Shown piece after piece: positions 1 through 14,201 of a stretch of DNA of 64,000 bases. The position numbers were made by a program, and so were the translations under genes. This DNA comes from Octopus vulgaris (lineage: Eukaryota), in NCBI GenBank assembly GCA_951406725.2, contig OX597815.1, forward strand, positions 99,138,001 through 99,202,000, read 5' to 3'. The notes beneath the pieces were generated by a model, which saw only the letters and a list, made by a program, of their open reading frames with translations, had not been told where the DNA came from and did no database searches. Positions within the stretch are counted from its first letter, which is position 1. Each line of letters starts with the position of its first letter.

Positions 1-329
1 ATTCTCTGTAAGGAAAATAATGTTACAAATCCAATTTCTCTCATTAATCTAAGGGATGATATAGTAACGTAAGAACATGTATAGCAGCGGCTTCATTTTT
101 ATTGTGAAATTATCGTGGAATTGAAGTACCAACGTATCGAATAGACTCTCTCTTCTAAGTTAAGGTAGTAGAGGAGAAAAAAATTAAAGTAACCTGTGTG
201 TTTGAGCGACTGGCTGGAAGACAAAGGGATTATGGATACATAGGGAAAAGGAAAGAGAAGCAAAAAGAAGAGAAGTTGGCGAGTGTGAGTTGGAGAGAGA
301 AAATGAGGTGAGAATTCAGCCGAAGGAAA

Positions 330-700
330 ACATTGGGATTACTAAATTAACGAAGGTAAAGAAAAACCTTTCATTTAAACCCGTCAGATCTATAGTTCCG
401 AGTTTGAATGTGGAACGTTGTTCCATACGCTTCCTAAAGTGTGTGGAAACATGATGAGCAGAGAAGGCATACACTGATAAAGGAGTAATTAAATGGGCAG
501 TTGTGTCGAAAATGGTGGCAACAGATTGATTTAGGGTGTAGCGTGCTTCGAATTTGTTCGCAAAAGCAACTGGCAAGGCGACAACTGTTTTTCTGAATGT
601 AAAGTTATACTTCGATATTTGCACTTGACAGAACATATGTTGCTGAAAGACCCGGTGATGGTTGTAGTATTGTTAATGTATGAGCAGGTATGTCCATCAT
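330..700 (-). mobile_element. Penelope-like element, degraded GIY-YIG endonuclease C-terminal fragment
   Basis: ORF 316..636(-) ends in QSVATIF..H...LSVY...RKRMEQRSTFKLGTIDLTGLNERF, matching the typical PLE endonuclease tail (VA.HF...H...EQ..IFKLGT..P.GLNE.F). The upstream TC.YI..TTTITG is in another frame. Confidence 0.65.
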
Positions 701-709
701 TCTAATAGA

Positions 710-885
710 TGTACCTCTACATGGTTACTCGAAATAGCAGACAATTCTCTCACAACTCAGTCCTTATTGTCTTTATAAAGGACTTGTTTGTTATATATTC
801 CAGAGTAGAGATTATCTGGAAAAACTGAACATCTTTGATCAAGTCTTCTTGACTTACGTTGAACTGAATCTAAAGAATAGCAGCA
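710..885 (-). repeat. Old dispersed repeat (GTGATTTGA.GGA.ATTTGGCTGCTATTTCTAG family)
   Basis: ctcgaaatagcagacaattctctcacaac resembles 53130-53170. Related copies lie at ~12620-12770, 28380-28480, 52000-52140, 54050-54270, 55530-55610 and 55950-56125. Confidence 0.45.
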
Positions 886-961
886 TACTAATATATATAT
901 TTAAGTGAATTGCGATTGGTGGCATGACGTAATTAGATTGGAGCTAACGTATTCCATGCAG

Positions 962-962
<1 letters not shown>

Positions 963-1016
<54 letters not shown>

Positions 1017-1110
1017 GTATGTATAGATAGATAGATAGATAGATAGATGTACAAAGATATATATAATACATATATATATATATGTATGTATGCGTATATA
1101 TATGTATATA
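963..1110. repeat. Compound microsatellite (CA)n-(TA)n-(GATA)n
   Basis: Direct reading. Confidence 0.95.
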
Positions 1111-1442
1111 TCTGTTTATACACTTGTCTTCGTCTTTATTTTTTTGTAAGTTCCAACTTTATATGTATACATGTCTGAGTATGTGTGTGTGTGTGTGTGC
1201 GTATACGTATACGTATGTATGTTTGTATGCGTGCATGCATGTTTGCATAATTCTACGAGAACAATGTTTATAATATCTTCAAGCTTTCGGCCTGCTTGGT
1301 ATTCATCGCCTGAAAGGTCATTGTTGCTCTGAACACTATTCATTTTAACGAATAATAAATACGTACTCTGCAAAAGTCTTGAGTATCCCACAGTTTAATG
1401 ATTGCTTTTATTTTAAATTGACATAAAATGTTTAAAAAAAAC

Positions 1443-1502
<60 letters not shown>

Positions 1503-2674
1503 CATATATATGCATTCAAATATACACACATGCACACATGCACACACGCACACACGCATATACACGCATACCCACATGCAGGGAAGATTTCTTAGTATTG
1601 AGAAATAATTTTGAGCAATCGTTATGATGTTACGTTCACTCCTATTTTTCCGATACGTTTCGATGGTTTTTTATTCGTTTCTATTATTTCTTATTCGTTG
1701 TATGTTTCTTATTTTTCAATTTGTGTTGCTCCGTGAGATATGATATCAGCTAACCAGTGAACGCTTGTTTCTACACTTAAAGTTATCGTTCGGCCATCGA
1801 AGGCAAATAGGAAAAGAAAACAAATACTTTCACACATATGACTGACGTACACATGCATATACGAACTCACATACATACAAACACATTAGAACAATCACAT
1901 ACACAATGACGCACACACAACTATACATACACATATACAACTATACATACAAATGAACCAAACATATGAAGAGCAAAAGCCTCATACACACCCACATGTG
2001 CACATATACGCAAATGCTCATAAATACACTTTATTATCAAAATAACAAGTACATACACATAAAACATGCACGCACGAATACATACACACACTCATTCATT
2101 CACACATTTATATACGCAAAACACACGAAAAACACGCGCGCGCACATACACACACACACACGTGTATATATTAGCAATACTTTACACATACACCTGCACG
2201 AACATGAAAATATCACCAACAGAAAAATCGCATATACATAGAAAGATATACACGCACATATATTCACACACACACACACACATATACACACATACACATC
2301 CATATGCGCGCGCACGTACAGTCACATTTAGGTATACGTACTCAGAAATTCAAACATACATGAAAATAACGGTAACAGAATGTAACAGACGCATACAAAG
2401 AAATACAAAGAAACTTACGTGCATGTGCATACACAAATACTCGCATATACATGACAATATCGAAAGCTAGTCGCTTATATCCACGCAACTCAAAAGCTCA
2501 TACACATACGAACGCACTTGCACATACTCACGCGTACAAGAATACACTAAAAGCAACCTATGCACACACACACACGCACACACAATTACACACACTCACA
2601 AACATACAAACATACAGTTAAAAATGTATACGTACGTCTACATAATCGCTCATATGTAGATAACAAAACACACA

Positions 2675-2722
<48 letters not shown>

Positions 2723-2915
2723 CAGTATATATATATATATATATATATACATATATACATACATATATATATGTGTGTGTGTGAATGCCTCTCTTTAAGT
2801 GTATGCATGTATATATAAAGCCATATGTGTATAGAAATATTCTAAACACTTTTATATATATATATATGTATATACATATGCATATATATATACATATATA
2901 TATATATTTATATAT

Positions 2916-2974
<59 letters not shown>

Positions 2975-4079
2975 CACTTAAACAGACGCATTCACGCACA
3001 TATAAAAATAACACACAAATACTGACAAAAAATAATCAATTCCATATTTACATTCATATACACATATTTCTACACATACAAGAATGTGTTTGTATATATA
3101 TCTATAGACGTTTTCACACCAGTCATGAAATCTGAGTATAGATAAAACCATTTAATAAAGAACTCTTGAACAAACAGCAGGATTCATGAACAATTGATAA
3201 GAAAATCTGAAACATAGTTCTAATAGCTTGTATTAACTTTACTTCTATTAAACTTGGCCTTATTTTCTCTATTTTTTTCTTTTCGTTGGATTATTTCGAT
3301 ATTTTATTGGTCTATTGTATTTTTCATTGTTTTCGTTTTTTGTTTGTTTGTTTACTTGTTTTTTTTTTGTTGGCGGGGTTGAATGCTTTTTCTATGTGTA
3401 TGTTTTTGTATATATCTGAAAAATGTATGCACATAAATGTAAGTGCGTGTATGTGATGTACGCATATGTGTAAATGTGTGTGTATGTACGTTGCTGTATG
3501 TGAATTTATACGCAAGTGCGTGTTCTGTATCTGTGAATGTGTCTATGTGCGCATATGTACTTCTAAAGCATTTTACGTAGTTTATGTGTATATAACATAC
3601 ACACACACAAACATATATGTGTGTATATGTATGTATGCATGCATGTATGTATGTATATGTATGTATGCATGTATGTATTTATGCACATGCATGTCTGTGT
3701 GTATGTTTTATCTTGCATTTATCATTAGTTTTTGTTGAAATTGTTATCTTGGTTATCATGTATCGGTTTTCTTTTTTTGCCTTTTTAATTTATTTATTCA
3801 TATTATTACTTTTTGGTTTATTTTTATTATTTCTCTATATTTTTGTTGTTGTTGTTAATACGTCATGGTATCTCTACAAATATCACTGTGTGGAAACTGA
3901 TTCGTGCAAACCAAACATTGTTCGAAGTTTGTATGTGCATGTGTTAGAGTGTATCAATTCTACGCAAGAACATATGTGTCTTGGCGTCTTTGATGTACTT
4001 ATCCGTGTGTGAATGCGTGATGAAACCGTATATTTCGGTATACGTTTGCGAGTCTACGGCAATTACCTTTTGTAAATAC

Positions 4080-4340
<261 letters not shown>

Positions 4341-4496
4341 TGTGTGGTTGCAAGATGATACTAGAAAAATCCGTATTTCAAATCTGTATTTTATTTTACC
4401 GCACATAAGACTTCGATTTGTATTATTAAATTTTGAAGAAAGAATTGTGAATAGAAAACACAGTGATATGACGCTAATGCTAATACTAACACACTT

Positions 4497-4527
<31 letters not shown>

Positions 4528-4553
4528 TAATAATAATAATAATGATAATAATG

Positions 4554-4628
<75 letters not shown>

Positions 4629-4693
4629 GAAGAAGAAAAAGAAGAGAATTGTAATTATTATTATTATCATTATTATCATTATCATCATCATCA

Positions 4694-4751
<58 letters not shown>

Positions 4752-4752
4752 A
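4497..4752. repeat. (TAA)n followed by inverted (TTA)n
   Basis: ~130 bp of TAA, a short GAA spacer, then ~100 bp of TTA/TCA. Confidence 0.95.
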
Positions 4753-5359
4753 ATGTTTTGTTTTATTAAATACAAGCATAATGGGCCTTTAAATATAAAT
4801 GCGTAAAAGAATGTAAGCCAAGTACCAAAGTATTCGAACAAAATAAGATACCTCTACTAGGAGAAGGAAGGTGTCTGAGGCCAATCCAAATGTACTCGCA
4901 GAAATTTCATGAGCCTGACCACCGAGAAAAACTACCTTTTTCCATCTGTTAATTCCAGGCTAAACTGAAAAGTTAGAATAGGTCCTTCCTCTAAAACAGG
5001 CAAAAAGCTTGAAATTTTTTTAGAAGGTAACTTATTAGTTATATTAATTCCAGTCCTTAAATGATAGTTTTACTTTATTGACCTTAATAGAGTGAAAGGC
5101 AATGTTAACTTCGGTTTCGTTACAAACAAGAACGGGAAAAGCTGATAGAAAAGCATTTTATTCGACACTTTTAACTATTTTCTCAATCACAGAGATGCCT
5201 TCAGATCGCTCCAACAGAATCTGGATTGTAGTAGTCTTGAGAATAAATTTTGGGTGTTTATTTTCAGGCAGGAGATTTTTATTGAATTGTTTGGTAGTCT
5301 GACACGTATCGAAGTAGGATGGGATTGTCTTTCTAAATAAATCCATTTTTCTTACACAG

Positions 5360-6760
5360 TAAACTATTCGCGTCAAGCATGATGACCTGATACCTCGGCA
5401 TGCGCCCCGAAGTGATGGAGAGGTACTGAACAAAATTTATCCTAAACGGAAACAGGATAGGGCTTAAATAAATATTTTTGGAGAAAATTTCAATAACTGC
5501 ACAAAATGAAAAATAAATTGAAATTTTATCAGCAAGACCAATGACAACAATAATATTTGCACATACATACATAATCATATGCAAGTCTTGCAAATGCATG
5601 AGAAATCCAAATATGACAAAAGAACTAAAAAATGGAAACATTATATTCATAAGATGAGCTCCATTCCGCGAGAATCTATAACTGAAGTACGGGATAAGAG
5701 AAAGTAACGTTACTATGGAATCTTTCCTTTACCTTCTTAGTAGCAATTAGGGGTATCTTTCGTAGATAGGTCGAGTAAACTGTCCTCCATTAAAAAGACA
5801 GTATACGGAACCCTATTTGTAGTTTTCCAAATTGAGGACGATGCAGAGACCTCCTGTAACATGACGCACGAAGAAACACGGGTGTCGCTACAAACGACAG
5901 CGAGGATGAAGTCGACCCTACGCTAATGGTCATTTCCGTGGTGCATGTCAGATTGATTCTAGAAACGATGTAACTTTTGGTGACATATGATAGAGCGTGG
6001 TCACAGATATGTAGGTCATCACTAATCTTCAAGACTCCAGAACGATCTTAGAATTATGTTCTTTAATGTGAGCAGAAAGAAAATCATTCAGAGCAGAATG
6101 AAAGTCATGTAAGCACTGGAAAAAAGTTTTAAGTTTGCAAGAAAGATAGCAAAAACACTAGCAACAAACTATAGAGGGCAGACCGAGCAGAGCACCAGCA
6201 AAAGTCAGAAAAAAAATATCCAAGAATTACTTAAAAAGCTGAGAAACTTCGTTCCCATCCACAAACGGCGGTAACAATGACGAAGAGAGGGAAAGAGAGT
6301 GTGAGACATAGAAACAACACCAATGAGAAGCTGCTGAAATTAAAGCTCGCCTTCCCCGCAGAAGTAACACCCCCGTCTACTTTTGAGGTTTGAAAGCAAA
6401 CAGAAGACTAAGGATGGCAACAGATATTTATGAACTAGTGCAAAGGTGCCCAAAACACACCTTTGAAAAGCAATTAAAAGATATAAAGTGGAGAAGAATC
6501 ATTTGAAGAATACACGCTCTACTGCGAGAATGAATTCATCTTCTTTGAAAGTGAGGCCCTTATTGCTGTGGATGAATTAATTTCCTGTCAATAGCAAACC
6601 AGGAATAGTGTTAACATTCCTGTGAATGGAGTGACAGGTCATATATATGAATACGAAGAAAACTTTCAAGACGAAATGATGATAGATAACTATGTGGGGC
6701 AAAATTCAAAGAACATGAGGAACATGGGATAAATGTAAATTTTTAAAATAATTTTTACGT
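5360..6760 (+). mobile_element. Possible highly degraded LINE ORF1 (gag-like) remnant
   Basis: Purine-rich, stop-riddled non-repetitive tract. GHFRGAC near 5928-5948 resembles the end of a CCHC zinc knuckle and is followed by K/E-rich sequence. Confidence 0.25.
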
Positions 6761-7247
6761 TTTGTTATATTTCCACCATGCACAGAATCTAGTACCCCCT
6801 TCACCCACCCGTACCTAAGAATTGAGCTCTTCAGTTATAACCAATACATGGAAAATTTTATGTGATACAATCGAAGTCATGTCAGAGTGATTCCAGAAAC
6901 GATGTAACTCAATGTAGATGGAAGATTCTACTTCTGTTGCTTTTATTTCAGCAAAACTAATATGATTCTGACTTTTGTATTTTACTCATTTTCCAAATGC
7001 CTCGCGCATTTTATTTACAACTCTTTAGGTCTCTGTGCCCAAATTCCGCCAAAGTCAATTTGCCTTCCATCCTACCAGATTCTATAGCAGCATCATTTAA
7101 ATACTGAGATTGAAATTGCTGTCCCGATACCTGTTTTAGAAACAATGATTGTTTTCCTCTTCACTCCATTTCAGGTAAATCTCAAATACTGTAACCTGTC
7201 TGTAATGCAAGTCATCTGATGCCTCTAAAAAAGAATTTATAATCAAA

Positions 7248-7249
<2 letters not shown>

Positions 7250-7301
<52 letters not shown>

Positions 7302-7313
7302 ATTATTATTATC

Positions 7314-7363
<50 letters not shown>

Positions 7364-7397
7364 TATTATTATTGTTTTTATTATTATTATTATTATT

Positions 7398-7448
<51 letters not shown>

Positions 7449-7450
7449 AT
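7250..7450. repeat. (TTA)n-(TCA)n-(TTG)n compound trinucleotide microsatellite
   Basis: Direct reading. Confidence 0.95.
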
Positions 7451-7749
7451 TGCCGTAGTTGTTCTTGTTACTATTGTTTAGTATAATCAAATAAATCAGG
7501 AGAAATCTACAATTATGGGAATGTTAAACTACGGTAAACGTTTGCTGTAAAAGTGATCTGCTCGATTAGTATTGAACTTCGATCCTCTTATCATTTAATA
7601 TTAGTAATTGGCTGAGAGTGAAACGATCTGATAACATGAAACAATAACAGAGTTAATGTCATTAACGATATTTCCCATTACAAACACAAGTGCGTACTCA
7701 CACACACGTACACATGTTCATACATAGTAGTAGTAATAATAATACTAAT

Positions 7750-8170
7750 TCTTTCTAATTTCGGTACAACGACTGCAGTTATGAGTGGAGGGGGAAAGTT
7801 GATTATGTCGACCCCAGTACTTGACTGGTAGTTTATTTTATCGACCTCAAAATGATGAAAGGCAAAGTTGACGCCGGTAGAATTTAAACTCAGAACGTAA
7901 AGAAAGGGAGAGCAACTCTTGCTAAACATTTTATCAGGCATGCTAACGATTGGACCAGCTCACATTCTTATACATACTAATAACAATGATTTCAAATTTT
8001 GGCACAAATCCAGCAATTTTTGGGGCTGGAGTAAGTCGATTACAACGAGTCCAGTGCTCAACTAGTACTACTTTATCGACACCGGAAAGTTGAAAGGCAA
8101 ATTCGACCTTGGCGGAATTTGGATCCAGAACGAAAAGTCGAACGAAATACCTCTAAGCATTTTGTCCGGC
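7750..8170 (-). mobile_element. Two tandem copies of tRNA-type SINE family A
   Basis: Reverse complement of the SINE at 13804: tcgacc...atgaaaggcaaagt(t/c)gac...ggaattt(g/a)aactcagaacgtaa, twice (7750-7965 and 7990-8170). Confidence 0.85.
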
Positions 8171-8292
8171 TTGATGCAAAATGTATTTAGCTGAACTCGT
8201 TGTTTTTGATTTAAAAAACTATTGACACGCAGAGCCAACACTTCCAGTACTTTATCTCAAACGAGTTAACATGTACCCCACAGGACCTATAC

Positions 8293-8344
<52 letters not shown>

Positions 8345-8774
8345 ATACCAACTATCCAACATACCTCCATCATCGGCTGCCCCACATATATCATTATGGT
8401 TTCGACACCTGGGCAGTACTATTCAATCAGGCTGTGTCAGCAGCACTAAAATAAGTGTTGTTTGGAACAAACATAGAAAAGAAACCATATTTTCAAACAC
8501 ATTTACCCTATGTACAACAGTATCTGTAAACAAATTAATAAGTAAATCAATAACCAATTTCTAAATATGTAACTAAACAGCGACCAAACCTTTTAAGTCA
8601 TACATATATTCTCTACTCTTCCATAGTATAATAAATATAATAAATAATATACATATATATATTATATGTATATATATATATATATGTGTGTGTATGTGTG
8701 TGTGTGTGTGTGTGTGTCTGTGTGTGTCTGTGTGTATGAAAACGCAGATAGATACATACATACATTCATACATG

Positions 8775-9330
8775 GTGGCTGCCCCCTCGTTATCGAGTAT
8801 GGCCATTGCACGAAGCTTAATCAATGTTGTTATCGTGCAATGCCTGTGCAAGAAGATTTTTTTTTAAGTGAGGAAAGGCTGTGCACTGAGTCAATCCCAC
8901 TCACTAAGCAACAGCAGCCATAATCCGAAAAGAAGAACAATTCAACATCATCGGTAACCACTGAGCCGCAGATTTTATGTCGGAGTTATCCCAGTTACCT
9001 GAATAACCTTCTCCTAGAAGGATGCCCTAACAAAGGCTACGAGTCCTTCACTGCCAATGGTTTAACCGCGCGATCGGATATTCAGTCCGATTATTTCTAT
9101 GTCCCCGCGCATGATACAGCCTTAAGGCATTTATTGTATGGCCGTTGACTCTCAAGAATTCCTCCGCCCTTTGACGGGTTTTGTTTTTCATCCCGCAGGG
9201 TAGCCAATAAACACCCTCCTCACCAAGCAGGCTTGGTGGGGTTGCCTGTTTAGTCGCCAACGGCCCAACCATGCAACAGGTTGTACTGGCCTACATGTTA
9301 CCAGTAGCACTCGAATGTGACCTGACATAA
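8775..9330 (-). mobile_element. Short non-autonomous RTE-derived retroelement (5'UTR-like part joined to an RTE-like 3' end)
   Basis: GC-rich island flanked by (CATA)n on both sides. The minus-strand 3' end tggccatactcgataacgagggggcagccacc-(atgt)n resembles the RTE 3' end at 32095-32140, and the interior contains catccttctaggagaagg, typical of RTE 5'UTRs. Confidence 0.6.
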
Positions 9331-10037
9331 ACATACATACATACATACATACAAACCCTCCTTCCCTTCTTTCCTGAGCGTCAAATAATACTTCAATTGT
9401 TCCACGTCCTCGCGTTGCTATGTTTTTTTCTGTGTTTTCTTGTTTGGATTAACTTTACATACATACATACATAGGTATATATATAGCTATATGTGTCGCT
9501 ACGTATTTGTTTGTCTGTGTGGCTGTAGGTGTGGGTGTGAGTGCATGCGTGTGTATGTATACTTGTGTGTGTGTTTTTGGGAGTGTGCTTGTTGAGAATC
9601 ATTTTGCATGTACACAGAGGTTAGTTTTCTTGTAAATATCTATGCAAATATTTAAAGCTGGAAATCTGCAAGGTTATTTTATATTAATGATATTTACATA
9701 TAAAAACACCGAGAATGGACTTCCATAACGATTCATATTTGGATGTGGTTATTTTGTATCTAAAGACCTCGTAATAAAGTATGACTTTCAAAAATAAAAA
9801 TTATCATTATTATTATTGTTTTGAATGACAGGGAAGGTAGAAGACTTGGAGGAAAAAGAATTAAAGACTGAAAGAAAAAAAGAGAAGGATGGAAATAAAG
9901 AAGCATACTGAAATTAATTATAAGAAATTTGTCCAATAACACGATAATCATGGTGTAAATTATGTTTTATACATAACGACCAGGTTTGTGTGGCTGAGAT
10001 TTCTCCTTCGGCTCCTGTCCACATCTTTCCCCGCATT

Positions 10038-10106
<69 letters not shown>
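10038..10106. repeat. (CT)n microsatellite
   Basis: Direct reading. Confidence 0.95.
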
Positions 10107-10108
<2 letters not shown>

Positions 10109-10300
10109 GTCTTCTACGTACACACTCTCTATCTTACCTTATAATTTCCTGCTTTCTATCACACACATTCTGTCTCCTTCTCTCTACCTATCTTTAATCC
10201 CCGCCTCTCTCTCACTATCTCTCTCTCTGAGTATATATATAGTTACACTAACATTTCTACATGTATACACACATATACATGTATATATACATACATATAC

Positions 10301-10379
<79 letters not shown>

Positions 10380-10650
10380 CAAGCATACACAAGCATATAA
10401 GATTCTCATATGCATACATAAACACTGACACAGTCGTATAATATTCAGTGTAGGTGTTTCATTTTTTTAATTTCAAATCCATCTTTAAGAGAAACGGTAA
10501 AAATTATTTAACTTGCAATTTGATTGATTGTGTTCTCGCCACGTTTTCATTTGTCTTTCGTTTCTATTAAATTACAATTAATTGAAAACATAATTTTCTG
10601 CGTCTGGAAATTTATTACTGTTATTATTATTATTATTATTATTATCATCA

Positions 10651-10724
<74 letters not shown>

Positions 10725-11156
10725 GTTGTTGTTGTTGTTATTATTCTTGTTGTTGCTGTTGTTGTTGTTGTTGTTAATTATCATTATTATCATTATTATT
10801 TACAATTATTTGTATATTGTTTATTGCTGGGGTTTTTTTTTATTTTTCGTATTTGTTGTTTTTGCTGGTAATATTTTGCTAGTTGTTTAATAATGAAGTT
10901 CGACAAATGTTTATTTCAATTTTTACATTGTTTCTTTATATTAAATGAAAAGAAATCAAATTTGTAGTTTCGTAAAGATAGAATGGATGTGGCAACGATG
11001 GAAGAAAGATAGAACTAACAGAAAAGAGAGTTTAGCAAATACAATTAGACAGGTTTTTGATTGTAATCTTAAGAGCAGGTGGTGCTGCAGAAAGAAAATG
11101 GTGAATCAGTTAAGCTTTATTTCAATCAAATTATTAATGTATCTGCTCATATTTTC

Positions 11157-11297
<141 letters not shown>

Positions 11298-11719
11298 CGT
11301 TATTTGAAGATTGTGATTTTGATTTCGTGAGAACGTTGTGATTTCATGTATTGTGCCGTGAACGGATTTAAAAGAAAATATTTCTGTTTAAGCACGGCTC
11401 GTTATTACTGAGGACTGGCACATCTTGTGTCACTATAGAAAAGTAAATTAGCGAACTAAATATAAAGAGATTTTGTGATTCATTAAGAATATTTATTTTC
11501 TATGCAGGCTTATATTGTAATATTTGATATTGTTTGTGACTTTAAAGCAGGGCCACAAATGTTTGATCGACGGCTAAAACCGATTTAATCATTTTCAATA
11601 TTTGACTTATATTAATTTTACTAATTACAATGGTATTTAAATACGGAACACAAAGAGACGTGTGCGAATCAAAACACAGTTAATTTGTTTTTTAACTTTC
11701 CATCAATGCCAATCATTCT

Positions 11720-12420
11720 ATGACTCAAGTCCGCTTCTTCCATCTCAGGAATCTTAAAGCCAACCGACTGTTTAACATTAGGCGGTCTGAAGCACTCCTA
11801 GAGACCGGTACCCAACCTGTCTAGCTTATAGTAACCCTAAACCGCACTCATTCCTGTAAAAATTACATCAAAAATTTGGTTCTCGAAACAACATCCTGCA
11901 GGAGCTGGTCAACTCCAAAAGGGGAAATTCATCACACACATAAAGGTCGACTGCTCTGGTCTTGTGCTATTCAACTGAGGAGTTGCATGTTCTGACAATG
12001 GGACATCATATTTCAATAAACTTGACCCAACGTTGAAAAACATCTGCCACCTGAAATCCACCAACACAAACGACATGTGTCTCCTCACTGCCCCAGCTGG
12101 CATCAAACACCTAGTTCCTAACAACAGGTCGGAACAGACCAGATTTCAGCTCTTTATAGAAAAGCTTTAGAACGTTCCTCCTCCAACTGATATGGCAATC
12201 CACGTTGATGAAGACCTTCCACCTAGCTCAAATGCACCATGGCTGACATTCAAACACCTGCGAACGAGAGCGAGACGATCAAAAGTTGCTTTCATCTGAA
12301 GGCGCTACAGAGACCAGCCCAACCACTTGTGACTATAGAGTAGCGAAATATACTAAGGAACACTGACGTATCTATTCCCCACTATCTTACTTCAGCGGCA
12401 CAAAAATCAATAAAAAAAAT
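11720..12420 (+). mobile_element. Vingi/Ingi-like (I group) LINE 3' fragment, degraded
   Basis: Translates with stops and frameshifts to TQVRFFHLRNLKANRLFNI...VTLNRT, SRNNILQELVNSK.G...RSTALVLCYSTE, and later W.TFKHLRT..RSK, followed by an A-rich end. Confidence 0.6.
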
Positions 12421-13335
12421 AACTATCTAAAGAAATGAGAAACTCTCATATAACCATTACACTTCGAAGAACCAAAATAAAGAATTCTACTGATTCACAC
12501 TTCCCCCAAGTTACGCGATAACTTTGTTACAAATAACTGAAGATAACTATATGGTTGATCCTTCTGCTTTTTCTAGTAGAAAGATCAATCGTATAAAGTT
12601 ATATTTAGTTATTTATCAAATTGCTCTCGTTAAATAGCTAACCATTTTAAGAAATGAAGGTGTCTTGTAGTTAAGACAATGTAGTTAAGAGGCAATCAAA
12701 AATTCTATGATCAGAACTTCAACGCTTTTGACCATAAATCAGGGTTGACTGCATGTTAAGCAACAACAATTGCAAAAACAATCTTTAAATTAATTATGTT
12801 CACAATAACCTATTCATTATCGATATCTACGTATAATTTTAGGGACCGCTGCAGTTAAAGTCATCTATTTTGGAACAATATAACTTATTCTCAAAGGAAA
12901 GGTATGAAATACTGAAAAAGAACTCTCTCTTTCGACGAGATGTAATATCTCTGTTAGCCAGCACAACTGCACTGAAATACGAGAATATTTTCAAAATTAA
13001 GAGTAAACTCCTCCAGACTGACTTCCAGCAGATTAATTATCAAGTAATTAAGTCTTCATGATAAGGTCGATGCTAACACATTCCAGGTAATGAGTTAAAT
13101 TCCAAGCGGTGTGAGAAGGAAACACACGCTTAGTGATTAACTCTGGTCACGAAAGTTGAGAGACAAACACACTGTTTTAATTAATTTAAATACATTCAAA
13201 AAGCTACGTAGACAATGCAGCGATGAGTGGATCTGATTTTGACTGCGTGATGACAACCCCAGGTATGTTTAGGCCATATTAGACTTGACCGGCGATGTTT
13301 GCTGCATGCCAGTACAGCCAACTAGCCCACACATA

Positions 13336-13434
<99 letters not shown>

Positions 13435-13496
13435 ATATGTATGTATGTACGTATGTATGTATGTATGTATGTATGTATGTATGTATGCATGTATAG

Positions 13497-13712
13497 CTTT
13501 TATCATTTATCTGTTTCAGTCATTTGACTGCGGCTATGCTGGGGCGCCGCAATGTAGGGATTTTAGTTGAACAAATTGAACTCAGGACTAATTCTATCGC
13601 CTGGTACTAATTCTAACATTTTTCTTTTGCCGAGCCGCTAAATTATGGGGACGTAAACACACCCACACCAGTTCTTAAGAGATGGCGGGAGACAAACACA
13701 GACACAAATACA
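13497..13712. mobile_element. Dispersed SINE-like repeat fragment (family B)
   Basis: tgtttcagtcatttgactgcggctatgctgggg...cttttgccgagccgctaa.ttatggggacgtaaacac; carries a degenerate reverse copy of the ggtactaattctatcg core seen in SINE A. Confidence 0.45.
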
Positions 13713-13803
13713 CGCACAGAAACAAAGTGTTTATAAAGGTAATGATATCCAATCTTTCTGCTGTTTTTACGTCTATACTGCGTTTGAAATATGACCTACT
13801 AGT

Positions 13804-14201
13804 AAGGTGGCGAGCTGGCAGAAACGTTAGCACGCCAGGCGGAATGCGTAACCGTATTTCGCCAGCCGTTACGTTTTGAGTTCAAATTCCGACGGGGTCG
13901 ATTTTGCCTTTCGTCCTTTCGGGGTCGATAAATTAAGTACCAATTACGCACTGGGGTCGATGTAATCGACTTAATCCGTTTGTCTGTCCTTGTTTGTCCC
14001 TTCTGTGTTTAGCCCCTTGTGGGTAGTAAAGAAATAGGTATTTCCTCTGTCTTTACGTTCTGAGTTCAAATTCCGCTGAGGTCGACTTTACCTTTCATCT
14101 TTTCGGTGTTGATAAATTAAGCACCAGTTGCGTAATGGGGTCGATCTAATCGACTTTCTGCCTCTCTCAAAATTTCAGGCCTTGTGCCTAGAGAAAAAAA
14201 G
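13804..14201 (+). mobile_element. Dimeric tRNA-type SINE A with target-site duplication
   Basis: A-box-like ggcgagctggcagaa and B-box-like gagttcaaattcc. The core gtcgac/attttgcctttc.tcctttcggggtcgataaattaagtacc occurs twice, and TSD aatatgacctact is at 13788-13800 and 14202-14214. Confidence 0.9.

Noticed and set aside
13215-13270. Box C/D snoRNA (gtgatga, ctga)
   Set aside because: Box order and terminal stem are not supportive.
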